From Octopus vulgaris (taxonomy: Eukaryota), in NCBI GenBank assembly GCA_951406725.2, contig OX597824.1:16926001-16990000 (forward strand): a stretch of DNA of 64,000 bases, read 5' to 3'. Below, piece by piece: positions 40,380 to 55,808 of the stretch. Each line of letters opens with the position of its first letter. Position 1 is the stretch's first letter. Below the pieces are notes generated by a model. That model searched no databases and was not told the DNA's origin. It saw nothing but the letters and a program-made list of their open reading frames with translations. The position numbers and the translations under genes are program-made.

Positions 40380-40610
40380 GCAAGCTGTCAGAAACGTTAG
40401 CATGCCGGCCGAAATGCTTAGCGGTATTTCGTCTGCCGCTACGTTCTGAGTTCAAATCCGCCGAGGTCGACTTTGCCTCTCATCCTTTCGGGGTCGATTA
40501 AATAAGTACCAGTTAGGCTCTGGGGTTGATATAATCGACTAAATCCGTCTGTCTGTCCTTGTTTGTCTCCTCTGTGTTTAGCCCCTTGTGGGTAGTAAAG
40601 AAATAGGTAT
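40380..40610 (+). mobile_element. SINE family C monomer with 15-bp TSD
   Basis: TSD aggtatgatatagca at 40368-40382 and 40605-40619. Confidence 0.92.
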
Positions 40611-41633
40611 GATATAGCATTTGAAGCAATCATAATAACATTAAAGGCCACAGTGTGTGTTTAAGGTGGTTTACCTAAAACTGTTTTATTTGTATTTACA
40701 ATGTTGTGCGTTTGTTTTTTATTGAAAGAGACAAAATTTGTGTAGAGGATATCTTTTGAAGATTCTCTTTATGGACTTCATGTAGATTTGTCGTCAAGTG
40801 TCTAGGTTACATGTGGGTTAAATACAGATGCAATAATTTAGCCAGGAATGAATAGCGATGAGGTACATAAAATACGTCTTTGTGGAGACCACCAAGTAGA
40901 ACGTTGCTGCACAGAACTAACAGAGTAAAGGAATAAAACTGAATAAGTTGGCCCGCTGGAGTTGACAGAAAATAGATTTGAGATAGATTTTTCAGCTAAT
41001 ACTACGAGAGAACGATCTATGAGAAGGCTGCGAAGCATTCCGTCTAAAAGACAAAATAATGATGAAGCTAATAAGTAAGTAGTCTTAACCGGATATTCGT
41101 CTGTCAGGCACGCACGGCAGATTTACCGTTGTCGAAGACAACATTTTCACCAAATTATCTCCCCTTTTTTATTGAGTCGCAAATACCGAAAATTTTGTTT
41201 TGTTTTTTTTTCAGCTCCGATGAAAATTTCAATTAATTAAAATTTTTCATGCGTACAGTAGACAGATTATCACCCTTTAAGTTATTAATAAATTCTTCGT
41301 TAAATGACACTTAAGCTTCTTTTATAAATCTGGCGCATAGGATTCACAGGATTTGCTTTTGTTTGCCAAGTTCTAGCTGAACAGAGGCACGTACAATTAA
41401 TGTGTTCTGCTCAAAAACACACAACAAAACTCTTTTCTTTGGCGGATATCACCTCATGGCGCATTAGATAGAAAACTATACAATCTTATCCATTTGGTCA
41501 TCTCCTATCTAGATAAACACAATGGGAACGTCTATATTTTTTTCATATATGTATATACACACAATTATTTATGTATACATATGTATGCACGGTTCTGTGT
41601 ATGAAAGTATGTATTTTGTATGTATGTAAGCAT

Positions 41634-41714
<81 letters not shown>

Positions 41715-41757
41715 CATCCATCCATCCATCAACCTACCTACCTACCTACCTACCTAC

Positions 41758-41820
<63 letters not shown>

Positions 41821-41853
41821 ACTATCTATCTATCTAGCTATCTACCTATCTAA

Positions 41854-41913
<60 letters not shown>

Positions 41914-42112
41914 TTATCAATCTATCTATCTATCTATCTACCTACCTACCTACCTACCTATCTATCTATCTATCTATCTATATATCTATGTATCTATGTA
42001 TCTATGTATCTATCTATCTGTCTACCTATCTATCTATATGTATGTATGTATATATATTTACATGAATGTATGTATGTGTGTATAAATATATATATATATA
42101 TATATAACGACA

Positions 42113-42160
<48 letters not shown>

Positions 42161-44018
42161 GGTGTGTGTGTGTGTATGCCTCTCTCTCTCATTCTCTCTT
42201 TATATATATTTACAGAAAAACAGACATACACACATATGTATGTATACACATATATATGTGTATATATATGCATACACACGCACACATATCAATGTCTGTA
42301 TGTACACAGGCATATATGTTATGTCATGGTTTGTTCAGACTTACATAATTGTGTCCAGTGAAATATGCGTATATGCATACATACGCGTTTACATACATAC
42401 ATAATACATACATACATACATACATACTCACTGTATGTGTATAGGTGCACACATACGCACATAACCATTACATATACATGCGCGTCGCAGTGATAATGTG
42501 TATGTGTTCGTGTGTGTGCGTGTGTGTGCCTGAGTCGGGAGGTACTTGTGGTGGAAAGGGGTCGCTTTTGTCAACATTAAAAATCCCTATATGACCTTTT
42601 CAAAAGAAATAAACCCCCCTGCTTTATACTTTTCACCTTTGTAGTTTAATGTCGATAGACCCGTGTTTGTGTTGTTTCTATGTCCTCCTTTATTTCCTTA
42701 TCTTCTCCACTGGAGAAAGACATGAATATCGTTATTTTTTTTTTATTGTATCGAAATTAACCTCATATCGTTAAAATATTGCTTGTTATGCCACTGCTTC
42801 ACACGCCAAGCTAACACCATTTGAAATTAATTCGCTGATTGTTAGCCACGGCCAAATATTCTCGGTTTTATTGCCAACTTTTTATCTTATTATTTTTGCA
42901 TTAATTTTCTGGCGATTATTTTTGGTCATTATTTTTGTTGTTGCTGTTGTTGTTGGTTGATATTGCTGTTCTTGTTCGTCTTATCAATTGTTTTATTTTA
43001 CATTTTATTTATTATATATATTTATATTTCTTATTCCTTTTCTTTCCTGTTTTTTTTTTTTTTTTTGAGAGGGGCCATTTTGACCTCTGAAATTTAAAGG
43101 ACAATCTGACCTTGGAATTGTCATATTTCGGACAGCTTTTGATCTAAAATTATGAACTCCACGGTAACATCAAAGTCTAGAGAAAGTTGATATAAATTAT
43201 ATATTATCAAAAACGAGTTGTGTCTTTGATGGACATACAAACGCTATACGACTGGACTGTATAAATAGACGGATGGGCGGATGGGAGGATGGATGGATGG
43301 ATGTATGGTTGTTTAGTCGGTTGGTTGGTCGGCTGGTTGGATAGAAAGCAGCGAAGATGTATTGGCGGATGGACCGATAGACGGATACAAGGGGAGGGTT
43401 AGATGCTTGGGTGATTTAATGAATGAATAAATATATATTCTTCTTTAAATATACACGTTTGCCGAGACAAAGACGACGATTCAGTGAAATCTAAGAATAC
43501 TTTAGAGCCGACATATTAATTGCAAGGTGGCGGGGTATGTTAAAAGAGAGAAAGAATTACAAAAAAATCACAGAGAGGAGAGAGGGAGAGACAGAGAGAA
43601 AGACAGAGAGAAAGAGAGAGAGAGAGAGAGTGACGGGTGGGTGGGGTGAGGAAAGGGATCCGTTGAGGAAAAAAAAGCGAAAAGTAAAAATGAATTAGAA
43701 AGAGGAAAGGGAAGGAGAGGCTTGATAAAAAGACCCACAAAGATAAAAAGATTAATAGATATATAGAGAAAAGAACACTCTTACGTAAACGAGGTGAATG
43801 ATACATAAATATAGAGGAAAATATCACACAAAGTATCGCCCCACTTTCCCCTAGCTGCCTTTAGCTCAAGTCTCATTTACACAAACGCGCGCACACATGG
43901 ATATACGTATAACAATGTGCGTCTGTGTGTGTGTATGTGTGTGTGTGTGTGTTTATCCGTATATATGTGTATGTATATATGAAATTATATGTGTGTATAT
44001 ATGTATATATATGCATAT

Positions 44019-44064
<46 letters not shown>

Positions 44065-44302
44065 TTGTAGATGTACATATATATATGTATATATAAATAT
44101 ATGTAGATATATATATACATATATATATATATATATGTGTGTGTGTAGATATACATATACATGTAAATATGCAATATATATATATATATATATACGCTTA
44201 TATTTATATATAATATATTATATACAATACAAAACATATAAAAAACATAAATATTATACTATGTTTATTATTTATATATATATATGCATGTATGTAGGTT
44301 TG

Positions 44303-44333
<31 letters not shown>

Positions 44334-44380
44334 GTGCGCGTGTGTATGCATGTATATAAGTATGTATGTATGTATATATA

Positions 44381-44416
<36 letters not shown>

Positions 44417-45107
44417 TGTATGTATGTATATATATATATATATATGTTCATGTACGTATTCAAATATATGTTTGTATATAATGAATAATCTCTTATCTGA
44501 GTCCCTGGGTGGACATGTGAGAGCCCGAGCCCCTGACAAAGAAAGAAAGAGAGAGAGAGAGAGAGAGATAGGAAATGCAAAGTAAGGTCAGTAAGAGAAG
44601 GCGGTAGAGACGACAGAAGATGAAAAAAAAATTGATACAGTAAAAACGAGTGAAAAATAAAAAATTAAAATAAAATGGCCGCGAACTACAATAATAAGGG
44701 AGGTTTATATTTACTCATTTTTTTCTCTTTTCTCTTTTATGTTCTGCTAAATAGTTTGCATCAACTATAGAGAGAACTCTATACCGTTCTTATCCATCCT
44801 TCTCACATCACATAAGCAAGCCTTGTGGAAGCAAATATAGCGCTCGGCTTATATGTTTGTACATACGTCCTATACTTGTCCAGTCAATAAACATTAAAAT
44901 CCGTGTCTATATTAAGACGTGTGTTACATGTGATGGTGGGCATGTATACGTAGTCTGTGTCTTGTGTATATATGTTTTGTATGTGGGTGTGTGTGTATAT
45001 GTGTAGGTGTGCATGCGAGTGTAAGTGCATGTTTTTTGCATGCTTAAGTTGCAATTCTGAAATAATGAAGGACGGCGAATGTTAACAGTACAGAGATGAT
45101 ATATATA

Positions 45108-45159
<52 letters not shown>

Positions 45160-45299
45160 TCTTGTGTGTGCGTGTGTGTGTATTAACACGCTAACATACC
45201 CATATATATATACATAGTTACATTTAATACATGCCTAATATATGTATATAATATATAAGTAAATTTATCAAACATGGATATATATGTATATGTATATAA

Positions 45300-45368
<69 letters not shown>

Positions 45369-46046
45369 CATGTATATACATATATATATATTCGTGTGTG
45401 TGTGTGTGTATGTATGTAAGTATTCATATACATGTGTTCACATACACACACACACATATATAGATATGTATTCACACACACGTACACTCATACGCATACT
45501 TACGACGTATATAAACACATAGATTTATATGTATCCATGAATACAGGCACATACTCTGGCGTGTCTGTGTGTTTGTATGTGCACGTGTGTATACATAGAT
45601 ATCTTCATCAAACTGCATTAAACTCTCTTGAAGAAACGCTTTCATTTCAACCGGAGTAAGGGCACATCCCATATATATATATATATATACACACACGCCA
45701 CGTGCACCTACACACACACACATGTGCACTCACACACGTGCACCTACACACACACACATATACACGCGCACACAGAGGCATGCACAAATGTAAAATGTAT
45801 AATTTTTTTTTTTATATAAAATCTAAAATCACGCTGGCACATGCGTTAATAAAGAGATATATTAACTAATTCAAGTGTGCATACACTGCACACGATGCAC
45901 AAATCTATTGGCGCTTGCAGTACCACACATGCACCTACATGCATTTGTGCACATTGCTCTATTTAGTAGCGTGCGTTCTATCACGGTTCGTTGGTTCCAC
46001 CATAATCAATGGAAATATAATGCCTTTGTTCCTGTGGTCCCAACGA

Positions 46047-46109
<63 letters not shown>

Positions 46110-46859
46110 TTTTTTTATGTACGTATGTATTTATGCATGTATGTATGTACGTATGTATCTATATATCTATGTACATATATATATGTATATATATACATAT
46201 ATAAAGACATATATATATATATATACATATATATACATATACATATATTTACATTTACATATATATATGTATATATGTATATATGTATATATATATACGT
46301 ATATATATATTTGTGTATATATTTGTATATATGTATATATATATATATATTTGTATATATGTGTATATATATATATACATATATACATATATAATGACAC
46401 ACATATATGTATATGTATATATATATATATACCCACCGACACCTATATAACTGCGTGTGTGTGTATGTGTGTGGTGTGTGTGTGTGAGTGTGTGTGTGTG
46501 AGTGTGTGTGTGTATGTGTGTATGTTCCAGTGTGTGCGTGTTTATGCATGTATGTGTGTGCGGGTTCATTCGTTTGTATACAGACGCACGGCGCAGCTGC
46601 TGCTCCGCTGATTATGGTATTGATGATGATGATGATTATATTAATGATAATGATAATAAACGGGGGGCGGTTGGGGGAGGGGGGCGAAAACGACGGTAAT
46701 AATGCCAAGGGCAGGCGAAATTACGATGATGTAACAGAAATGGCGGCGGTGGTGGTGGTGATGTCGACGTCGCTGCCTTTTCTGTTGTTGTTGATGATGA
46801 TAACGTTGATTCGTGATCACGTTAGTAATGATGGAGTTAAAATTTCTGATGATGGTAGC

Positions 46860-46882
46860 GACGACGACGATATTGATGGCGT

Positions 46883-46927
<45 letters not shown>

Positions 46928-47060
46928 CGATGACGATGATGATGATGATGATGATGATGCTGATGACGGCGATGATGATGATGATGATGATGATGATGTT
47001 GATGATGATGATGATGATGATGTTGACGATGACGATGACGATGACGATGACGACGATGAC

Positions 47061-47110
<50 letters not shown>

Positions 47111-47225
47111 CAATGATGATGATGATGACGATGACGATGATGATGATGATGGTGATCGTGATGATGTTGATGATGATGATGGTGTTGATGATGATGATGA
47201 TTATGATGATGATGATGATGTTAAT
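46860..47225. repeat. (GAT/GAC)n tract
   Basis: Seen directly; source of the poly-Asp ORF. Confidence 0.95.
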
Positions 47226-47359
47226 GATAAAAAAACTGGATTACCTGTCACCGTCCTTGAGAGATTTAGTCGAAAATATCCCATGTATTTTCTTTTAATC
47301 TTGACTTGCATTCTTTCTCTTGCCCATAGTGCACCAAAATATGACGATGCAAAATATCC

Positions 47360-47419
<60 letters not shown>

Positions 47420-47560
47420 GTGTGTCTGTCTGTGTGTCTGTCTATCTATCTATCTTTCTATCCGTCAACCTGTCTGTTTGTCACTATATATATATATATA
47501 TACACATCTGTTTGTTTTGTACACCACCTGTCTTCGTCTTCTGCTATTTTCGTAAACTCT

Positions 47561-47604
<44 letters not shown>

Positions 47605-47839
47605 GTCTTTTTGTCTATTTGTGTTACTGCTCGTACGCCTGTCTATCTGTACTTATATACACATTTATATATGTATGTATGCATATCTTTTCTCTTACAG
47701 TTATTAGATCACGACCATGCTAGGCCCCCACATTGAAGGATTGCTAGACGAAAGTAAGGACCCTGGGGCTTCTTTTTTAAGCCTGCTATTTATTCTATCG
47801 GTACGCATGTGTGTGTTTATATATATATATATCTATATC

Positions 47840-48217
47840 TCTTTTCTCTCTTTTACTTGTTTCAGTCATTTGACTACGGCCATACTGGAGCACCGCCTTT
47901 AGTCGAGCAAATCGACCCCGGGACTTATTCTATCGGTCTCTTTTGCCGAACCGCTAAGTGACGGGGACATAAACACACCAGCATCGGTTGCTGGGGGGAC
48001 AAACACAGACACACAAACATACACACATATATATATATATATATACATATATCTGACAGGCTTCTTTCAGTTTCCGTCTACCAAATTCACTCACAAGGCA
48101 TTGGTCGGCCCGAGGCTATAGCAGAAGACATTTGCCCAAGATGCCACGCAGTGGGACTGAACCCGGAACCATGTGGTTGGTAAGCAAGCTACTTACCAAA
48201 CAGTCACTCCTGCGCCT
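47840..48217 (-). mobile_element. SINE family B
   Basis: Reverse complement of a near full-length B element. Confidence 0.9.
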
Positions 48218-48236
48218 ATATATATACATATATATA

Positions 48237-48281
<45 letters not shown>

Positions 48282-49358
48282 CATACACATACACACCTTT
48301 ACACATATATAAACATATGTATGTATGCATGGATGTAGTCACGTACGCATGTATTGTGGACATGGTGCTGTGGCGGAAAGTAAATACTTTCGAACTCTTT
48401 CTCTGAAGTACTGTAGGATGAAATCCGGAATTGCAGAGTTGCAAAATAAACTTTCTGAAACACGCTTCGAAACCTGCGCCCATTTATACTAATTTGGTCG
48501 AACCTAGGGAAACTCGCCACCGTGGTGTTTTCAATCCAGATCATACAGGAACATCACTAAATACAGCTTGTTATTTGCTTGGTTTTTAAAAAAATCTTTT
48601 ATTCTGATGTTACACTTGTATAATGTTTGCAAACGTCCACAAATTTATGAGGTTACGTATTATATATATATATTTTTTATGACGAATGATATTCTTTAGA
48701 TGTAAGCTCTGTGAGACCCTTTTGAATCGTTTGTATCTGTTCTGATGTATTTTTTTCTTAATTGGTCATCTTGTTTAGCACCAGTATCTGTCCCCTGAGT
48801 GTCTTTTGCAGTGTCCACACATTTCTCAGAAAAAAAAGTCTCTGGTTTGAAGTTATCGTAAAATGTTTATATATTATTTAAAACTACTGAAACGTCTAGT
48901 TATTTTTTTTCTGTCATACAACCCACCACTATACGCGAAAACCATGGAAAAAGTTCAGAGGCGTGTCTGTGAACTTTTTTTCTCTTCTTACAAACACATA
49001 TAAAGGAACAGAAATGTGTAGATAAATAGTTCAATATATGTGAATCAATATATACCTGAGGCACTTAGAGAGATGATACAGCAATTCCATGACTTCTATT
49101 TGCCATAAGTTTTTGCTGTTTCTTTTTGCTTCTATAGCGTCACAGCTTTAGGCGTGGATTACCAGGGTAGGAAAAAGTGAGACGGGTGAGAGGTGGAGGA
49201 GACACGAGGCAGGGAGAGATGTCAAGTTACAAAGAAAAAAAATTACACCCCGAGGAATATCCCCCATGACATAAAAGCGTACATTGACGATATCCACTAC
49301 ATTATATACACAACCACAAAAAATGAATATAGAAATAAAATAACATACACGAGTCCAT

Positions 49359-49478
49359 ACCTTGCGGCTATATCAGGCAGTAAACACAATTTCTCCTAAT
49401 AAGACTGAAATTGAGCGATGTCAAGCTTGGTTATTACCTGGATGTGTGACCACTTGAAGAACCCGGGTGCTGGTAGCA
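49359..49478 (+). pseudogene. Decayed 5S rRNA copy (pseudogene or 5S-derived SINE head)
   Basis: tgcggctatatc...aaacac..ttctc...gaaattgagc..gtcaagcttggttattacctggatgtgtgaccacttg..aacccgggtgctggtagc is collinear over about 120 nt with metazoan 5S rRNA, including the C-box region TGGATGGGTGACC. Confidence 0.7.
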
Positions 49479-49954
49479 TCTCTTGAAAGAAGTGTCTCGA
49501 TATGCCAGTAGATTTGTCAAAACGGAACCAATATTATGCCTATTCAAAATCTATAAAAACGCTAGACGAACAAAGTACAAGAACTAAGTGAACATTAGAA
49601 ACGATTGATAGCTTGATCGTTACGTAATAATCGAAGTAGTATATGATATATATGATTCGGTAATTTACGACTGCAAGATATAGCCTTCCACTAAATAAAG
49701 AAACACTTTATTTTGGACTGTTGTTTTTGATGTTGTTTAATCTCAGGGCTATCTTTATGCAGCAGAATTTTCATCAAAGACATTCCAGAACAACAAGCAA
49801 CCCGTATTTTTTCAGACATATTTTGATGCATTCAACTCCTTTTAAAGAGTGTGGTGTTATATAATTGAGATTATACTATTTTGGTGTATTTATTTTTATT
49901 GATGTATAACGTCACCTAAAGTGTTGCTAAAATTATTCGCTAGACCCTGAAGAA

Positions 49955-50360
49955 TTGGCAGGAACGTTAGCACGCCGGGCGAAATGCTTACCGGTATTCC
50001 GTCAGCCGCTAGGTTCTGAGTTCAAATTCCGCCGAGATCGACTTTGCCTTTCATCCTTTCGGGGTCGATTAAATAAGTACCAGTTGCGCACTGGGGTTGA
50101 TATAATCGACTTAATCCATTTGTCTGTCCTTGTTTGTCCCCTCTGTGTGTAGCCCCTTGTGCGTAGTAATGAAATAGGTATTCTGTCTGCCGTTTCGTTC
50201 TGAGTTGACATTACGCCGAGGTCGATTTTGCTTTTGCTCTTTTCGGGGTCGATTAAATAAGTACCCGTTACGCACTGGGGTTGATGTAATCCACTTAATC
50301 CCTTTGTCTGTTCTTGTTTATCCCCTCTAATTTTAACCTACTGTGGGCAATGAGAAAATA
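49955..50360 (+). mobile_element. SINE family C dimer
   Basis: Two units joined at gaaataggtatt. Confidence 0.88.
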
Positions 50361-50425
50361 AATGTATATATTTTATTTTGAAAAACATTCATCTTAATGA
50401 AATCAATAATATATATATACTGATT

Positions 50426-50507
<82 letters not shown>

Positions 50508-50661
50508 TGTATGTATGTATGTATGTATGCATGTATGTATGTGTGTGTGTGTGTTCATTGTATCTATTTTCCATTTCATTTGTTATACCTCTGTAACTTT
50601 TCAGATTCGATTATGCGGTGTCTGTGTTTCGTAACAAAAGTTTAACTATATGTAAATATAC

Positions 50662-50795
<134 letters not shown>

Positions 50796-51181
50796 CGCAA
50801 TGCACGCACCAGCCCATAATATAAAGTAACACATATCATTATGTAATCGATAACTAGTATTTAAGCCCCAACTATTAGAATTCACATTCTCACATTCTAC
50901 ACCGCCGGCACGTAACAGTACGATATATCTTACACGACATCACATAGTTCGCGCAGTCACTAACTCTTTTTAGCACATCAGTCACATCACCCAAATGAAA
51001 CACAATCCACAACCAACAAAAAAACAGACCCATTTCTTTTACATTATCAATACACCAGGACATAAAACTAAAGAATTGGACAGGTTACAGTCAATATATT
51101 TTAACAATTAATAATGCATTACAACCCTGAAACTACAGACCAGAATTCCATAGTATATATACTGCAATCATATATACTGCT

Positions 51182-51597
51182 AAGGCAGCGAGCTAGCAGA
51201 ATCGTTAGTGCGCCGGGCGAAATGCTTAGCAGTATTTCGTCTGTCGTTACGTTCTGAGTTCAAATTCCGCCGAGGTCGACTTTGCCTTTCATCCTTTCGG
51301 GGTCGACAAATAAATTCCCAGTTTCGCACTGGGATCGATGTAATCGACTTAATCCCTTTGTCTGTCCTTGTTTATCCCCTCTATGTTTAGCCGCTTGTGG
51401 GTAATAAAGAAATAGGTATTTCGTCTGTCTTTTAGTTCTGAGTTCAAATTCCGCCGTGGTCGACATTGCCTTTCATCCTTTCGGGGTCGATAAATAAAGT
51501 ACCAGTTTTGCACTGGGGTCGATGTAATGGACTTAATCCCTCTGTCTGTCCTTGTTCGTCCCCTCTATGTTTAGCCCCTTGTGGGCAATAAAGAAAT
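51182..51597 (+). mobile_element. SINE family C dimer
   Basis: Head plus two T1 units joined at aagaaataggtatttcg. Confidence 0.9.
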
Positions 51598-52379
51598 ATA
51601 TACACTGCAATCATTCGGCAGATATTGCAGTCGTACGACACATAGGGAACACAAACACCAACCATCCTAATAATGATTTAAATTACACATATTTTCCACA
51701 CCAGTTAAAACAGAGAAAGAACCCCTGCCACCACCAGAAACAAGAAACATTTTGCAGGCCTCATAATACAACAAAACTGATGCGATATACCAATACGTTT
51801 CTACATTTCCAATTTTACAGCGATGATTTAATCTAGAGTATATTTTTGCAACACTTCAAATAGTAGGAAGAGAATTTCTGCATTTAAATGCCAAATATCA
51901 ATTCTTAACAGCACGTAAAGAAAGCTAAGAGTATTAAATAAAATACTATCATCAACAGAAGACGACATAATCAGTAGAAGGAAATAACCGACCATATTCT
52001 CATCAGTCATGCTAATGCTGCATACATCCAGCGAAATGATTGGATAGGTAGCCATTTTGATTGGGCAATGTACAGTTATTTCTACGTCAAAATGGAAAGA
52101 AATTAAAATGGTATAAGCAAACATCAGGTTTGATATTCATCATTGACATACTAAGTTACTCTACAAAAAAAGAAAAAAAAGTACAGAACGAGAAGAAAAT
52201 TAATGTGTGTGACTACAAAATTATAATCAAAAGACTAAAACGTAAATCTATTCACTTTAATGGACGTCTCTTTTACTTCCGATCAAAACAATCACCGGAT
52301 ATGAAGTTCACTGCTCTCAAAGCAGAATGACATTGCGGTGGACGTAGCAAGGCACACGAGGGAAAGAAATCTATATCAC

Positions 52380-52815
52380 TGATGGTGGTGATGATGATGA
52401 TAATAATAATAATAATAATAATGATAATAATAATAATGATAATAATAATAATAACACTACTATTACAACTACTACTAATACCACCACCACCGCCACCACC
52501 ACCACCGCCACCACCACCACCGCCACCACCACCACTACTACTACTACTACTATTACTATTACTACTACTACTACTACCACCGCCACCATCACCACCACCA
52601 TCACCACTACTACTACTACTACTACTGTTGCTGCTGCTACTACTACTATTACTACTACTACTACTACTACTACCACCGCCAACACCAACACCACCACCAC
52701 CACCACAACCACCACCACCACCACCACCACTACTACCACTACTACTGCTGCTGCTACTACTACTACTACTGCTACTACGACTACTGATGATAATAATGGT
52801 AATGACAATAATAAT
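52380..52815. repeat. Compound trinucleotide tract (TAA/CAC/TAC/TGC)
   Basis: Seen directly. Confidence 0.9.
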
Positions 52816-53084
52816 ATGTATGCACTGGATTTGTTGAACAAGAAAATAGAGAAACCATGAAATAATTACACTGAGGCATAAAGTTGATAGAGTCCAAAAA
52901 TAACCCAAATAGATGTAACAACGAGTCTGACGTAAACCAATATAACAGACAGAATACTTTTGCACACTCAACTCTCAGTATAATAGCATATGTCACACGA
53001 GGCGTATCCAGCACACTCATTACTCAATGCTATAAACAATACTACATTGTTTTTCAATAATATATTCACAAAAACACTCTCTCT

Positions 53085-53590
53085 CTTTACTTGTTTTAGT
53101 CATTTCACTGTGGCCATGCTGGAGCACCGCCTTTGGTCGAGCAAATCGACTCCAGGACTTATTCTTTGTAAGCCTAGTGCATATTCTATCGGGCAATTTT
53201 TCCGATCCGCGAAGTTACGGGGTCGTAAACACACCAGCATCGGTTGTCCCCGTAACCTAGCGGTTCGGCAAAAGAGGCCGATAGAATAAGTACTAGGCTT
53301 CCAAAGAATAAATCCTGGGGTTGATTTGTTCGACTAAAGGCCGTGTGCCAGTAAATCGGTATATTTATATATGTATGTGTATATGTTTGTGTGTCTATGT
53401 TTGTCCCACCAACGTCGCTTGACAACCGATGCTAGTGTGTTTACGGCCCCGTAACCAAGCGGTTCTTCAAAAGAGACCGGTAGAATAAGTACTAGGTTTC
53501 CAATGAATAAGTCATGGGGTATTATATGTTCGGCTAAAAGCGGTGCTTCAGCATGACCACAGTCAAATGACTGAAATAATTAAAAGAGTA
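53085..53590. mobile_element. Three SINE B 3' modules, one minus and two plus (fold-back)
   Basis: About 53085-53248 minus, 53248-53350 plus, 53375-53590 plus. Confidence 0.8.
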
Positions 53591-54044
53591 ATAAGCATAT
53601 ATTATTTGCATTTATCGTCTTGTAATATAAAATCAATTCTAGTGCCTGGTCTGAGTTAGGTGAACCATTTATGGGTGTCTGTTACAAGACTGTATCAAGC
53701 TAAAGCAATTTTTTTCCAAGAATATTTAGGGGGTACATTAATTAAAAAAACACAGCGTTCCCAATGATGAATGGAAAGAGAAATAGAATAAAGGACATAT
53801 AAAAGCAATATGACAAAATTATCAAATGACAGAGGAACAGCTATACTCCGTGTGTGTGTGCATATATATATATACATATATATACATATACATATACATA
53901 TCCATATATGTATGTATGTATATACATATATATATATATATATTTGCATATGTGTATATGTATATATATATATATATATAGATGTATATATGTACATATA
54001 TATGCATGTATGTATGAATGTATGTAGACATATATATGATGGAG

Positions 54045-54080
<36 letters not shown>

Positions 54081-54107
54081 CATATATATATGTGTGTGCG
54101 TGTATAC

Positions 54108-54153
<46 letters not shown>

Positions 54154-54210
54154 TATGCGTGTGTGTGTATTTATGCATGTATATGTATATACACTTATAT
54201 AGTGAATCAT

Positions 54211-54256
<46 letters not shown>

Positions 54257-54883
54257 GTGCAAAGTTGTAAATCTCTCCCTCTCTCTTTAAATATATATAT
54301 ATATATCTTACATCATTAGGAATCTTCAAGATTACAGAACATTTTCGACAGTGAGTTATGTTTTCTTGGTGAAATCCTTTCAAGGAATTTCTTTCCGAAA
54401 TACGGAGATGTAAAAGGGAAGAGAGGAAATGTTGAAATAAAATATAAGAAGAAAATAAAAAATAATAATGGCTGCTGCACCAGACGAGACGAAGAACTGA
54501 ATGTTTCGGAGAAGGGAAGATGAGTGAAGAAAAAAAATTAGAAGGACAAAAACCGGGGATGTAATATATAAAGGAAAAAAAAAAATATTGATGACGGATT
54601 GAGAGAGAACGGCATATATATTATGCGCATGTGTGTGTATGTGTGTGTGTGTGTGTGTGGGTGTGTGTGTAGAGGCAGGAAGGGAGAGTGGGAGAAAGCG
54701 AGAAATACAGGGGATCTAATGATTTTGGTATAGACATTGCGAGAAGAGGAAGTCTTACTTCATGAGAGCCATGTAGTGATGGAGAAGAAAAACGTAATGG
54801 CATACATATTGTTTGTTCTCATTCGCAGATATACAACAAATATGAGTGTGTTTGTGTGTGTGTGTGTTTTTGTGTGTCAGTAT

Positions 54884-55427
<544 letters not shown>

Positions 55428-55665
55428 TGTGAGATTCGAAATTCTCCATCTGGAACACCAGGTAATCTTTATGATTGACCGTGTACGTATTTACGTTTGT
55501 AGAAATGTGTGAACGAGTGGCTGTGTTTGTGTGCCTGCATTTATAGTGAATAAAAATATGAAGAAGTCGGGAAAAATTCTTTGCTGCTTGAAAATGTGAA
55601 ATGTAAGGAGACACTGCGAGTTTATAACAAGGAAGCAAATCGTCACACACACACACACACATAAA

Positions 55666-55800
55666 ACAATTGCAGCGGGGAAGGTGTTTAAAAGCCATTT
55701 AAGAAACAAAAAAAAACCGTTAGATTTGCTTCAACACTTAATTTTAATTTGCCAAAATAATTTCGTCGCTTTGAGACCGCGACCTGTTCACTAACAAAAT
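55666..55800 (-). mobile_element. Family P5 copy with hammerhead-like motif (core GUGAACA at 55791-55785)
   Basis: Minus strand: tttgtta-GTGAACA-g-gtcgc-ggtctcaaa-gcgac-GAAA-ttat-t-t-tggcaaa. Confidence 0.65.
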
Positions 55801-55808
55801 ATATATAT

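Noticed and set aside
46488-47555. 355-aa ORF with poly-Asp, resembling an acidic biomineralisation protein
   Set aside because: Built from (TG)n, (GAT)n and (CTAT)n microsatellites; open frames are expected by chance.
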